This document shows positions 50,549 to 61,970 of a stretch of 64,000 nucleotides of DNA, one piece after another. Positions within the stretch are counted from its first letter, which is position 1. The number at the start of each line of letters is the position of its first letter. The stretch spans positions 154,641 through 218,640 of the forward strand of contig NMRA01000589.1 of the NCBI GenBank assembly GCA_002633005.1. Reading direction: 5' to 3'. Under the pieces are notes generated by a model that saw nothing but the letters and a program-made list of their open reading frames with translations, was not told the origin of the DNA and made no database searches. A program made the translations under genes and the position numbers. Source of the stretch: Phoronis australis (lineage: Eukaryota; Animalia; Phoronida).

Positions 50549-53500
50549 GTAAGAAATCATTTATTTTGGTAAAATTTAACGTCCCAGTGACTTACAGGAG
50601 TTTTCCGCAGATAAGCCCACCCGATGAAACGCTCATGGGCGTTTATTTGGTGTTACAACTGGTATCAAGTGTCTAGATAGTGGGCCGTTTATTCGGAAGA
50701 TTTCCTCTTAAGAGCCCACAATGAGGTCTGGAGGTGCACATTAATCTTCTTGTCCCACTGGGCAGATATTGCAAAAATTCATGGGCTGTTACACAATTAA
50801 CGTTGTTAACCCGCATTCACAACAATCCTTTTAGGACTACCAATCCACCCAGAAAGGCTGTTTCACTTACAAAAAATACGTACAGCGCTTCCTTTCGTCA
50901 TTTGCGTAGCCGAAACTATGACTTTCCATTTACACGCCCCCTTTTCCGAATAAACGCCAGGGCGTTTATTTGGCGTTACTAAAACGCCTGAAATTTTTCA
51001 CTTTCCGAATACACCCCATGGCTTATCCCCGGAAATATCGGTATTATGGAAAATCTTGTTTTAACATTGGTAAAACATCACCACTCGGATGCTTGTGACA
51101 TGTGGCAAAACTCTTCGCTTTTTCATGTTTTAGGACGTCCTTGCCAAATGCCAACTCGAACTAATCACTATGGAAATATATACATCAGTTACCTACTTTT
51201 TGTTTTAGAAACCTTGAGCTCATCGCTGCTATCCTGGGTACATTAAAAGCAGACGGAGCCTTTGTTTGCATAGACGTATCCTTGCCCCAAAATCGCATCG
51301 ACTACATGCTCGAAGATTCGGAATGTCACGTTGTCGTAACCTCGCAACGCATCCTTAATTCCGGAATCCTAAAGCATTTTGGGGGACATGTCATATGCCT
51401 AGACATAGAGAAATGCACAACAAAATACCCTATTCGTCTCAGCTCTGATAAAGACAGAGAAGTGCAAGCCCAGAGCAAAGTGACGTCCAGTAATATGGCA
51501 TACATAGTATACACATCGGGGACAACCGGGAAGCCGAAGGGTGTTATGGTAACACACAAAGGCGTAGAAAATCTTATCCCAAAAATGAACAAGGCGCTAG
51601 GTGTAAGGAAGGGAAGGAAAATAACACAGTTCTTCAACATAATGTTTGATGGCGCGTATCAAGAAATATTCATGGCGCTCTCCAGCGGAGCTACTCTTGT
51701 ACTTCGTGAGACGGACTACCGCAACACGTTGAAGTCGGTGGACTTTTCTATGATGACGCCAACTGTACTTGCATCTTTGGATCCAAGAGACTTCCCAAAC
51801 CTAAAAACTGTGGCTGTTCTTGGCGAAATATTGCCCGAATCTGTGGTCGCGTGCTGGGAGGATCACGTAGACTTATTTAATGAATATGGCCCGTGCGAGG
51901 TGACAATCAACTGTACTATTGGTAAGGTGAATAACAGATCGCAAGTGACAGCTGGAAAGCCAATAGAAAATTGCACGACCTTTGTGCTTGGAGACGACAT
52001 GAACCTGGTTCCAATTGGCGTGAAAGGAACAATTTTCATTAGCGGACTCGGTGTTGCAAGAGGATACCTCAACAGACCGGACTTGACCCTTCAGAAATTT
52101 GTAGATAATCCATTCGGTGAGGGTAAACTCTACAACTCCGGAGACGTTGGATGTTGGACCGACGACGGTGAACTCGTGGTCAATGGACGAAAAGACAGAC
52201 AGGTAAAGTTCAAACGGTGATCATAAGATGGGCTGTAATTTTTTCACAATGATGTCTTGCTCGCAATCCGATCTTTCCCAAGAAGTTTCGAGATATTCAT
52301 TGTCAGTTTGCCGTATGACTGTTGATAGGACAATAAACGGATAGGACGTGAATTTTAACGAGCTTTTATGATACTATGCAACAAATAAAACTGGTATGTT
52401 ACATAACTTACGTTCAATGTGTATAACTGAGACATAGCTTCAATACTACGACAAGAATTTGTCATGCTGCTTTGCATTCTTTATTATTCATTCCCGTGTC
52501 AACTCAATCAAAAATTGATAAACCCATGGGTTTCAATGGTCGTTCTAGGTCAAATTGCGAGGATTTCGAGTAGAGCTCGGGGAAGTGGAACACGCGCTTG
52601 CTACGTTGGAGGGCATTGGGAACGCTGCTGTGTTGATGAAAAAGGACATTTTAGTAGGATATGTCACGCCCGATATCGGTAAGTGTGTCAATCCGTTTAC
52701 TTAGACCGGTTTCCGGTATGAAATTGATCCTAACTTTACCTAGATGAAGATTGATTTCTGGGTTATGGAAAAGCTGGCAGTAAATTATTGTTTGCGAACG
52801 TGCTCGGCACATAACGTGACTGACACACTGTGACAATCCAAATTATCGAGTCTGATCCCAAGCAATAATGAACTGTGAGTTCTTCTACAACCCAGGAATT
52901 TTGTATCCGTCAGTGTCATAAACTAAAAGTTGTTTACGGAAGGCGAGTTAATAGCCGCTGTAAGAAGCCACTGCTAATGGTCACCTCGATGTCAACAAAT
53001 TTTTAATTGAAACTAAATGAGCCTTATTTCGCTATCTGAGTAAAATCATTTTTGTTTTATATCTCGCTGAAGCTGCAGTGTGTCTACAATCTCTTCTCAA
53101 AATCTTGTCTTCACAGGCACGACGAAAGCCCAAGAGCTTAAACAGAAACTCGAAGAAACTCTTCCGCGGTATATGATACCCACAGTGATCGTTCCTCTGG
53201 CAAAATTCCCAATGTCAACAGCCGAAAAGGTAAATTATCGCGCATTGCCCGAACCGAACTTAGTGCAACAGGAAACTGCCACAACAAAAGAAAAAATGCT
53301 CATACAAATTTGGAGCGAAGTTCTTGGAATCAGCCCATCAAAGATCAAACCAACAGATTCCTTCTTTTATTTGGGTGGAGATTCAATTTCTGCCATGAAA
53401 GTTTTCACTTTGGCAAGAAAACAAGACTTACGATTCACAGTACAACAAATTTTCCAAACGCGGAATTTGTCTCAACTCGCAGCTGTAGCCAAATTTGAAA

Positions 53501-56500
53501 AGTCATCTATAGAGGCAGATCAAGTCGAGATTTCTGGACTCATACCTTTGACACCAATTCAAGAGTGGTTCATAGGCTTGGACATGATGAACCTCAACCA
53601 TTTCAACCAGTCTGCTCTCCTCAAGCCTCATAACATACTTGATGCTCAAGCACTTCAGAAAAGCATTGACAAACTTGTGTCGCATCATGACATGCTTAGA
53701 GTAAAGTTCCATTTCAGAGACGACGGTACAGTCACGCAAGAAATCAAATCTTCAAATGATTGCATAAAACCAAAACTATTACACAAAGCTGTATCGCAAG
53801 ACCAGGTGAATGACACACTGCACCAAATTCAATCATCTTTGAGCATAACAGATGGCCCTGTTGCAGCTTTCTGCCTGCTAGACGTGAAGAGTCAAGGGCA
53901 GTTGCTCTTCATAACTGTTCATCACGTCGCAATTGACTTGGTTTCATGGCAAATCCTTCTTGAAGACCTTGAGCTGTTGTACTTAGGCAAGAAGTTACAA
54001 CCTAAAACAACGTCGTTCAAAGCATGGTCAGAGGGTCTCTCGAATGAGTATCGTTTAACTATGTCAACAGATACTTGGCCCAAATGGCAGAATACAGCAT
54101 CAAAAACTTTTGATCACTTCCTGTACGGGAACAAGATTAACGAGACTGGGGAAAACCGCACACTGAAACTGGAAAGTATTTCACTTCATGCTGAAACAAC
54201 GGGCAAACTGCTTTCTCTTCAGGGAACCCAGGGGAGCGATTTAACTTCCGTTAACGACGTGTTATTGACTGCCTTAATTGTAGCATATCACAGATGTACT
54301 GCGATGACATCTCTTGCTGTAGAACAAGAATGGTTTGGAAGGGAACCTTGGAATGAGAAATATGATGTGTCCAGAACAGTAGGTTGGTTTACCGTCATGT
54401 ACCCTGTTACAATGACAATTGACAAAAATGGAGAATTGGAAGATCATCTTGAAAAGACAAAATCAATTCTGCGACGAGTTCCACAAGGCGGGCTTCCATT
54501 CGGTGTCAATAAATACCTGAATAAAGACGAAGACTACAGGTTCCACCAAAGTTGTGACGTTCTCTTCAACTACCACGGTAGTGCAACACAATTTTCCCAA
54601 GACCTGACGCTTTGGGACGTATGCATGGATGGGGAATTCGTCTTCACAAACCGAGGCAAAGATGAGAAGTTATCCCATAGTCTTGTAATTGAGTGTTCCG
54701 TGCAAGACGAGTGTCTGAAGTCAATGTTCATTTATATGCACGATCAGAGAAGTCCGTTCATAAAAGAATTGGCTTCAACCTGGCTCGAAATCGTCAATTC
54801 CATTATGTCAACTTGCAAAGTAATGCAGGTTGATAAAGGCATAGATCCATCCAATGATACCCTTCCTGCGCTTAATACAACTCAAATCCTAACAGACAAC
54901 GACACCGAAGCCATTTACGAATGTACCCCACTTCAAGAAGGTTTCATTCTTTCACTGCTTCAAGATAAATCTTCATATCTTGTCCAAATGGCAATGGATA
55001 TTGAAGGAAAGTTGGATGTACCACGGTTCATAGACGCTTGGAATGTAGTCATTCGCCGCCACCAGTCTCTAAGAACCTCGTTTGCAATCGAAACAAAGGA
55101 CCACATGTTGAGGCAAAACGTCAGAAGACAAGCAAACATTCAGTGGACAAAAGATCACTGGACGGATCCACTGCAGCAAGAGAACGAGTATGTGATCAAA
55201 GACAGAAACGTAGGATTTGAAATGAAGGAGGTAATGATGCGCTTTGCGTTAATGAAACAACCTGATGACACATACAGGTTTATCTGGACGACCCATCACT
55301 CCCTGATTGATGGTTGGTCAACTCAGCTCGTGTTAAGAGAGGTTCTCTTAGCCTATCATCAACAGGAACTGCCTCCTCCACCACCTCCATTCCAAACTTT
55401 TGTCGAGTATTGTAAATCGCGAAATACTTCAGCCGCAAAGACTTTCTGGGGTGAATTCTTTGAAAACTTACATTCAAAGTTTTTAATTACCGGAAAGGAA
55501 ACCGTAAGACCCAAAGAAGTCTCATCGTCAAATGTGAAGAATTTCACCAAACAACTTGAAGTACGCACTGATAACCTCTGGCGTTTTGCACGTGAAAACA
55601 GTCTAACAATTTCCAGTGTCGTTTTTGGTGCATGGTCTATCGTGTTAGATAGATTTTGTAGCAATGGAGGGAACGATTGTGTGTTCGGCGTGGTACTGGC
55701 TTCCAGGAGTGCAGAAGTTGAAGGAATAGAAGACATGGTAGGTCTCTTGATTAACACATTGCCACTTCGAATCACATTTCCAACGAGTGCAGGTATTTCG
55801 ATGCTTGACTGGTTGCATTCAGTACAGTCCCGCCAAAGCAGTATAATGGAGTACGACTACTGCAACTTAGCAGATGTCGTACGATGGAGTGGCCTACCAA
55901 GAAACCAGAATATCATGGATTCTTTGGTAATTTTTGAAAATTATCCTCCGATGCACGACGTGGAAAACGGCGAAATAGCGCTCACTAATCTCCAAGCATA
56001 CGAGAAAGTACAGTTTCCCATAACAATAGAGGTTGCCGCGGACTCCGACTATGTTAGTGTCACGTGCATGCATGATACCAGCCGGATAAGCGATGATCTA
56101 GCTAGCGAGATGCTAGATTACATGAACAGTGCAATCAAGGAGCTGCTCAACTATGACACAGAGAAACCGATAGTTGAAATGGACATCGTCAAGGCGAGAC
56201 CTGGGAGAGATGCCAAAGGAGTACGTTTGGACATGTGGAACGGGGTGGGATCCACAAGCCAACTTAAATGTTATATCAGGGATCAAAAGGGACGCATGAC
56301 GCCACCAGGTATTGCCGGAAAACTAGAGTTCAGCACTAGTAATGGCGAGGCATGTCAAACGAACGTTGTGGCTCTGCTACATAACAACGGCGATATAAGC
56401 GTTTTATGCAAGAAAGGCAATTACGAACTTGAGGGTGCAGTTAAGTATGTTACGTTTGAAACTGAAGAGGGCGCGATAGCACTTACTCAGAAACCAGTTT

Positions 56501-59500
56501 CTTTTGAGGTTTTGAAAGAATTTCAAAAAAAGCACCTCAAGTGTATTCCAGTTCACAGCATTGAGTTTGTTCACGAAGAACTCATCAATCTCGTAACAGA
56601 TGAGGTAACGATCGATCAAGTGAGCACAATACAGGAAACACAGAGAGAAAGATTCGTTGACGAGTTCCAGATGACTTATTCCCAGAAACTGCTAAGAGAT
56701 ATTTGGAGCCAACTTTTAGAAGTACCGCGGGATGACATCAAACTTGACCACTCGTTCTTTGACTTAGGTGGGACATCTATAAAGGCAATTAGCATGACTT
56801 CTTTGGCAGAAAAGAAAGGGCTGCATTTGAATTTAAATGACATCTTGGAGTATCAAACTCTCAGAGGCATTTCAGCTGCTGCTAAGACACAGACAGGTGA
56901 GTTTTTCAAGCAAAATATTTCGTGTTTTCGAACAAAATTTAAAATTAGTATGTCTTTTAATAAGTATGCTAAAGAAAACTAACATTTCAGGTATTTTACA
57001 GGCATAAGTTTTTCATAATTGTTAGAATTTATTCAGGAATAACAAACCATTTTTTCTGCAAGAAATTAAACGGCCAACATAATGTGCCAGAGCCTTGGTA
57101 GGCGAAACAGTTGGCCAACTCTGAGAGTAATTACAGTTTCGTTACTCTCAGGCCATCGTAGTTCGTGTCCACCAGAAACTTTATCAGAAGCATTTCAACC
57201 GATTCTTGGAAGTTTTAGGTAGCTACTTCAGGTTCCTAAATCTCTACAGTCATTTATACCAAACCAATTAAAACAAATGAACGTGAGAGGGGACTGTCCA
57301 CGAAATGCAGGCGCTAGTAACAGACTTCGGGGTTATATGTGTTTGAATTCCACGAGGACCAGGCAAGTCTGGTAGCAGAAAATTAATGGAAATGTACACT
57401 GCACGCTCTTAAAAACCATTTAGAAAATTCTACATTTTCTACACTATTTCGTTGAACTGATATCTTCCGCCAAAAGTATTGCAAAGGCATAATTATTTAA
57501 TTTTGGTCCTTCAGTTTATCTGTCTTTTTAGAATTTCCAGCTTCGGTGATATCAAAACTTGACATTTCGTGATGAGGTCATTGCTTACAAAGTCGCTTGT
57601 TTCCTTGTTTTTAAAGTGACATGCTTGCTTCGCGTGGCACAAGTATGACCGACTGAAGTATTTTTACTTATTAACAAATTTTAACTTCTTACAGACAATG
57701 CAAACGACATTCTGGTGCGTCTGAATGAAGGAGAGAAGGACCGTATACCAATCGTTTGCGTCCACGCAAGCGATGGTGGCACGTCATCCTACGCGTACCT
57801 AGCAGGTAAATATTTCGCGTGTCCATTGTTGTTATTACATGTACTGCACGTGCAGTGCAGGTGACTGCGTACGAGTCCTCTAACTACAGTAGTAACCAAA
57901 CTGAATTGGAAAAAATACTGTTTGCCATCATGACGGCTACTTACCATCAAAAATGATTACTTACCACCAAGGCGGCAAACTTCTAATTACAGAATGGCTT
58001 ATAAGCCACCATATTAACTTTCCTGTTAACTGCTCTCCATTCTCGGTCACAAATGAGAGAAAATTTTTCTAACGACGAATTTGACTTCGGCCCAGCCATC
58101 ATGACGGGGAATCCCGGGTCATTTTTTCTGAAACACTTCTGGCTCGCGCTGTGCATAGATCTCTTCGTCGGAGGTATAAGCGCAAGAGGATTAAAGAAAC
58201 TTTATCGGCATTATTACAGGGAAACTCATTTTGGGAATTGTTGTTCGGTGGGATAAACTTCTTAATTTTATTACTTTTGACCAGCTTCCCGTCCAGTAAC
58301 GCTAGGACGTTGCTAAAAACCGACTTCGCGAGATTACGTGACATGATATTGTCGTGTATTGAGAACATGTGACTTTGGCTTGATTTTAGCTAGGTCCCAG
58401 CGTTACTGAACGCACGCCAGAACTATCGAAGAACATCTATCGTCTTTTTGTGATTTTATTACAAATTGCCAATTTTCGACATTTCCTGCCAGGAATTCGC
58501 CGAAACCAAGGCATGTACGCTTAACAACTCTGATATTTATCGAGGGGCCTTAGCTCTGTTAGCAGACCATAGAACTGTGATGGGGGGGTTGTATGCAGGT
58601 TTGATTGATCGCCGAGAGTGATCTCACAAAATTATTTTTCTCGCCAATAATGTCCCTTCATACCGCCAACCAGACCTTGCTTCACTCAAAGCGAAAAAAC
58701 GAACGAATACGCGAATACTACTACATGTATGGAACGGCCGGCCACAAATTCGTGAAACTGTGAAAAACGGAACACAGCGAATGATATGCACCACCCAACC
58801 AGTAAATAAAACAAGCCCTCGGTGAGGGTTTGCAGAAAACGACGTTTTTACAGAACCTGAGCTTATACCAGGTTCGCTAGTAGGCTCACAGCTGTTGTTT
58901 ATGCAAAAATGAGCTGAACTCCACCAGCCTGTATACATAGGTGTTGGTTCATTCTACATATAGTAACAGAAAAGCAGGCGGCAAATCTCATACTTTAGTA
59001 GCAAAATAAGAGCGAAATCACGAGAAGCTGAGTTCATAACCAACGCATTCAAAGCCCTTAGAAAGGATACACAGAAGGTTGTTGGATGTTTTATGTTAGC
59101 TAGACCGCCATCCGACGGTAATACTCGGAACTAGAGAAAATATTAGATAAACACTATGTCGAGCAGCTACAGAACGGAACACGTTTCACGCACTTTCCAC
59201 CAGAAAAAAGGCACACGCAGTTCTGTTGTACAAAAGATTTGAAATTATCCATTGGTCATGAAAGAGCATTCAACCAAACACTCGCCTATACTCTTGAGGA
59301 AACTTAATGACGTACTATCACGTGTTCATTTTGCAGGCAACTTAAACCGACATCCATTATACGCATTCCGCTTAAAAGAGGATACACCATTCGAGTCGAT
59401 TGAACAACTTTCTGCTTTGTACGTGGAAAGAATGGTCTCACTCGACTTCTTCGCCAACGTGCAACCATACTTACTGGTGGGGTATTCAACAGGAGGCGCA

Positions 59501-59977
59501 GTGGCGTTCGAGATGGCGCTTCAGCTTGAGCTAAAGCAATACCCACCCGCCAGACTGGTTCTGCTCGACGGCACACCAGAGTTTATGCGGAGAACTTATC
59601 ACGGCATCAGTAGTAAAAGCGAAGACGAAATTGTCGATGTAAAGAATTTCTTGACAAAAACGTGGGACGAGAAAGGACTGGACAAATCTGACCTTCAGAG
59701 AGCGTTGACCAACTTCAACAACACCGTCTCTCAGTACGCTAGCTACTCGCCGACTGAATTGTACCACGGCAGCACCGTTCTTGTTCAGCCAGCTAGCAAT
59801 GAAAATAATGAGTTGTTGATGGCGGCTATCTCGCAGATGCCAAGTGAAGATTATGGGCTACAGGCGCTGTGTACCCAACCTGTGAAGATCGTAGTGGTGG
59901 AGGGAGATCACTACAGCATGATGCGAGATGCAGACGGAGTGATATCTCATACAGTTGTGGAAGGACTATCTCAGTAG
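41204..59977 (+). CDS. Multimodular non-ribosomal peptide synthetase, C(half)-A-T-E-C-A-T-C-A-T-E-C-A(remnant)-T-TE, >=4,740 aa after removing the 772-bp assembly overlap
   Basis: Exons 41204-50548, 51209-52202, 52549-52678, 53117-56896, 57695-57805, 59337-59977 join in frame with GT-AG introns. A-domain P-loops YTSGSTGKPKG, YTSGSTGRPNG, YTSGTTGKPKG. Carrier motifs GGDS, GGHS, GGDS, GGTS. C-domain HHxxxDG x3. E-domain HHxxxDLVSW, ExxGRE and RTxGWF x2. TE motifs GYSTG and GDH. The start codon is on an unlocated upstream exon. Confidence 0.93.
48161..49705 (+). repeat. 772-bp direct duplication separated by one N (probable haplotype overlap at a contig join)
   Basis: 48161-48932 and 48934-49705 differ by about six substitutions, mostly synonymous; N at 48933. 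Confidence 0.9.
50593..51043. mobile_element. Tc1/mariner-like MITE inside an NRPS intron
   Basis: TA-flanked diverged TIRs TACAGGAGTTTTCCGCAGATAAGCC / GGCTTATCCCCGGAAATATCGGTA; internal subrepeats gcgtttatttgg and ttccgaata. Confidence 0.5.
51209..52202 (+). CDS. NRPS exon: core of adenylation domain A3
   Basis: AYIVYTSGTTGKPKGV, FDGA, NEYGPCE, GVARGYLNRP, YNSGD, GRKDRQ; donor CAG|GTAAAG. Confidence 0.9.
52549..52678 (+). CDS. NRPS exon: A3 A8 motif and Asub start
   Basis: Translates VKLRGFRVELGEVEHALATLEGIGNAAVLMKKDILVGYVTPDI, completing GRKDRQ|VKLRGFRVELGEVE; this frame is not in the ORF track. Confidence 0.9.
53117..56896 (+). CDS. NRPS exon: end of A3, T3 (Ser 53383), E2, C4, remnant A, T4 (Ser 56776)
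   Basis: LPRYMIP, LGGDSISAM, LTPIQEWF, HHVAIDLVSW, SRTVGWFTVMYP, WTTHHSLIDGWS, FFDLGGTSI; donor G|GTGAGT. Confidence 0.9.
57695..57805 (+). CDS. NRPS exon: N-terminal part of thioesterase
   Basis: Translates ILVRLNEGEKDRIPIVCVHASDGGTSSYAYLA, a typical TE start (P..CVH..xG...Y..LA); phase 1 at both ends. Confidence 0.85.
58280..58420 (-). mobile_element. Repeat family A copy inside the last NRPS intron
   Basis: gacttcgcgagattacgtga...ctaggtcccagcgttactgaacgcacgccag is the reverse complement of the copies at ~15843 and ~22960. Confidence 0.75.
59337..59977 (+). CDS. NRPS terminal exon: thioesterase catalytic part
   Basis: [32 protein letters not shown]; acceptor ttgcag; stop TAG. Confidence 0.9.
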
Positions 59978-60070
59978 CCATGAAGTCCTAAATGATGGAG
60001 CCCAGATGGAGAATTTCACGCACAAAACATACAGGGCAGACGATATGAGATAATTAACTAATAATTGTTC

Positions 60071-60076
60071 AATAAA
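60071..60076 (+). promoter_or_regulatory. Probable polyadenylation signal of NRPS gene
   Basis: AATAAA ~95 nt after stop; a second AATAAA at ~60152. Confidence 0.5.
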
Positions 60077-61779
60077 AAAATCCAATTATATGTTATAATT
60101 GTTGTTTCACGGATAACAGGTTGATATGATTTCGTTGTAACGATATTAAGAAATAAAAACATTTATCAAAGGATCAAAGGACTTCAATGGAGATGACTTC
60201 GGTGCATAGGACGGGCCAATCTAAGGTTAAAAATCCATTATTTGCAGGAATAGTGTGACGCAAAACGTTCAAATTAAATAAAACTCTGTTCAAATAATGT
60301 TTCGCTGTTTATACGCGAATGGTCGCCACTGCGACATTGTCCCAAACAATTACGAATAAATTTTCTGCCAGAGTTTACTCATCATCAAAAAAGCGTTTCA
60401 TATTTTCATTCTTGTTCATATATAACATCTCAACTTTTTAAAAATTATTAACAACTTCAGTGAGCGTACTTTTGGCAATTAAATGACTGTTCCAATGAGA
60501 CAAGTCCATGAAACTATTGAAGTATGAAAATACAGTTTGCCCGTGCGATCTAATACAATTCATCCTGCAACAGGACATGTGACCACGGCAGTAGCCAACT
60601 TTAAATTTAAGTGAGACAAATTCATGTACCAGTTACTCTGGTTAGACGTCCTGTTTACGCGTTATGCACGCGACAGATGCCTTTAATTGACGAACTTTTT
60701 CACGCAAAAAGCAAACCTCGCAAATGGGGAGGGAGCCTAAAGAGGGCGACACTGCATTGGTTTATAAAAGTGCAGCTGGGAGATTAATAAATCCGGGAAA
60801 GACTCTCCAATGGTAAGTAATCATACGGGTTATTTATGCGCAAAATGGAAACCATGTCGAATCTGCCAGGAACATCCTTGCAAACGCTTGAATCCGGATT
60901 TTCGCCATAGCCACGCGCCAGTCTTCCCCAAGCTCCAAAATATTCCTACCCTGTGTCATAAAAGCACATTTTGTTCTCGTTTGTGCCAGTCAGGTTCATT
61001 TTGAAGCAACCAAAAAGGGGAAAGCGCGTGCGCGTGTCATTTTTTTTCCAAAAATCTTATTTCATAAGCCTCACAAAGAAATTACTCAAATTTAGTTTAG
61101 TTTTTTAAGGCGAAGGCAACGCTTTTTATGTCATTTTTAGCAAAAATAAGATTCGTTGATTATCCCAGACATATTTTTCACTTAATTACAGGTTTTCAAA
61201 ATTTAATTAATCATTTCGTTCGTTACTCCGGAAGTGACGTTTTGGGAGGCAAGAATTTCGCGCCAATTTCTTTTCATATAGTCTGACTATGAGAGCTCTC
61301 TAGCCAGTCATCATTCTACATCCCAAGCAATAGCACTTAAACCAAGGCGTCCATGACTACCTAGTGATATTTCACCACATTGCTTTACGCCCAAGCGATT
61401 ATGCCTAACCTTACCAAACACATGTATAAGACAAAAACATAGCATTCACAAAAAGTTACAGCACTTGACGTTCATTGCTTCGCCATGTGGGTAATGAGGT
61501 CTACGACACGAGCACTGTAACCATACTCATTACCATACCTGAAATCAAAGAAACACAAGATTGTAATGTGTGACTTCATATTTACAAGCTGGTGCCAACG
61601 AAGGAAATGGTACATGAAACTAGAGGTGCATAAGTCTTCCCCTTCTGACAAAAACCAACTTTTATCGAGCCCATGTCTATAATCTGACGGTTATATAGTC
61701 CAAAGTTTCCACAGTCTGAAGGTTCGTCACTCAAACAACAAAACGCATGTCCCCTGTAGTCTGGAGAGCCCCACTATTA

Positions 61780-61970
61780 CACAATCCCTTCCCAATTAGT
61801 CCACAAAACTAATGTCAAACCCGACCCACCTAATTTTAATCATTTTGGGGGACCCAAAATGATCTGAACAGTGGTCTTAGATCATACATTGCAGAAAAGA
61901 GGGACAAAATCGTCATCTTGTTGCAAACCTCGCAGACTATCCTGCACCAGTTCGAAGTTTCACAAATCTG
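61780..61970 (+). repeat. Interspersed repeat family B copy
   Basis: Matches ~33410-33620. Confidence 0.75.

Noticed and set aside
41167-59977. Five or six separate NRPS genes in a bacterial-style operon, or a bacterial contaminant
   Set aside because: The segments are joined in frame by GT-AG introns that split conserved motifs (e.g. GRKDRQ|VKLRG), and the introns contain host repeats.
41204-59977. Call as ACV synthetase (pcbAB), Ebony or nemamide nrps-1
   Set aside because: Domain order differs (two E domains, Cys-like A in module 1, fourth C-T); no gene symbol is justified.
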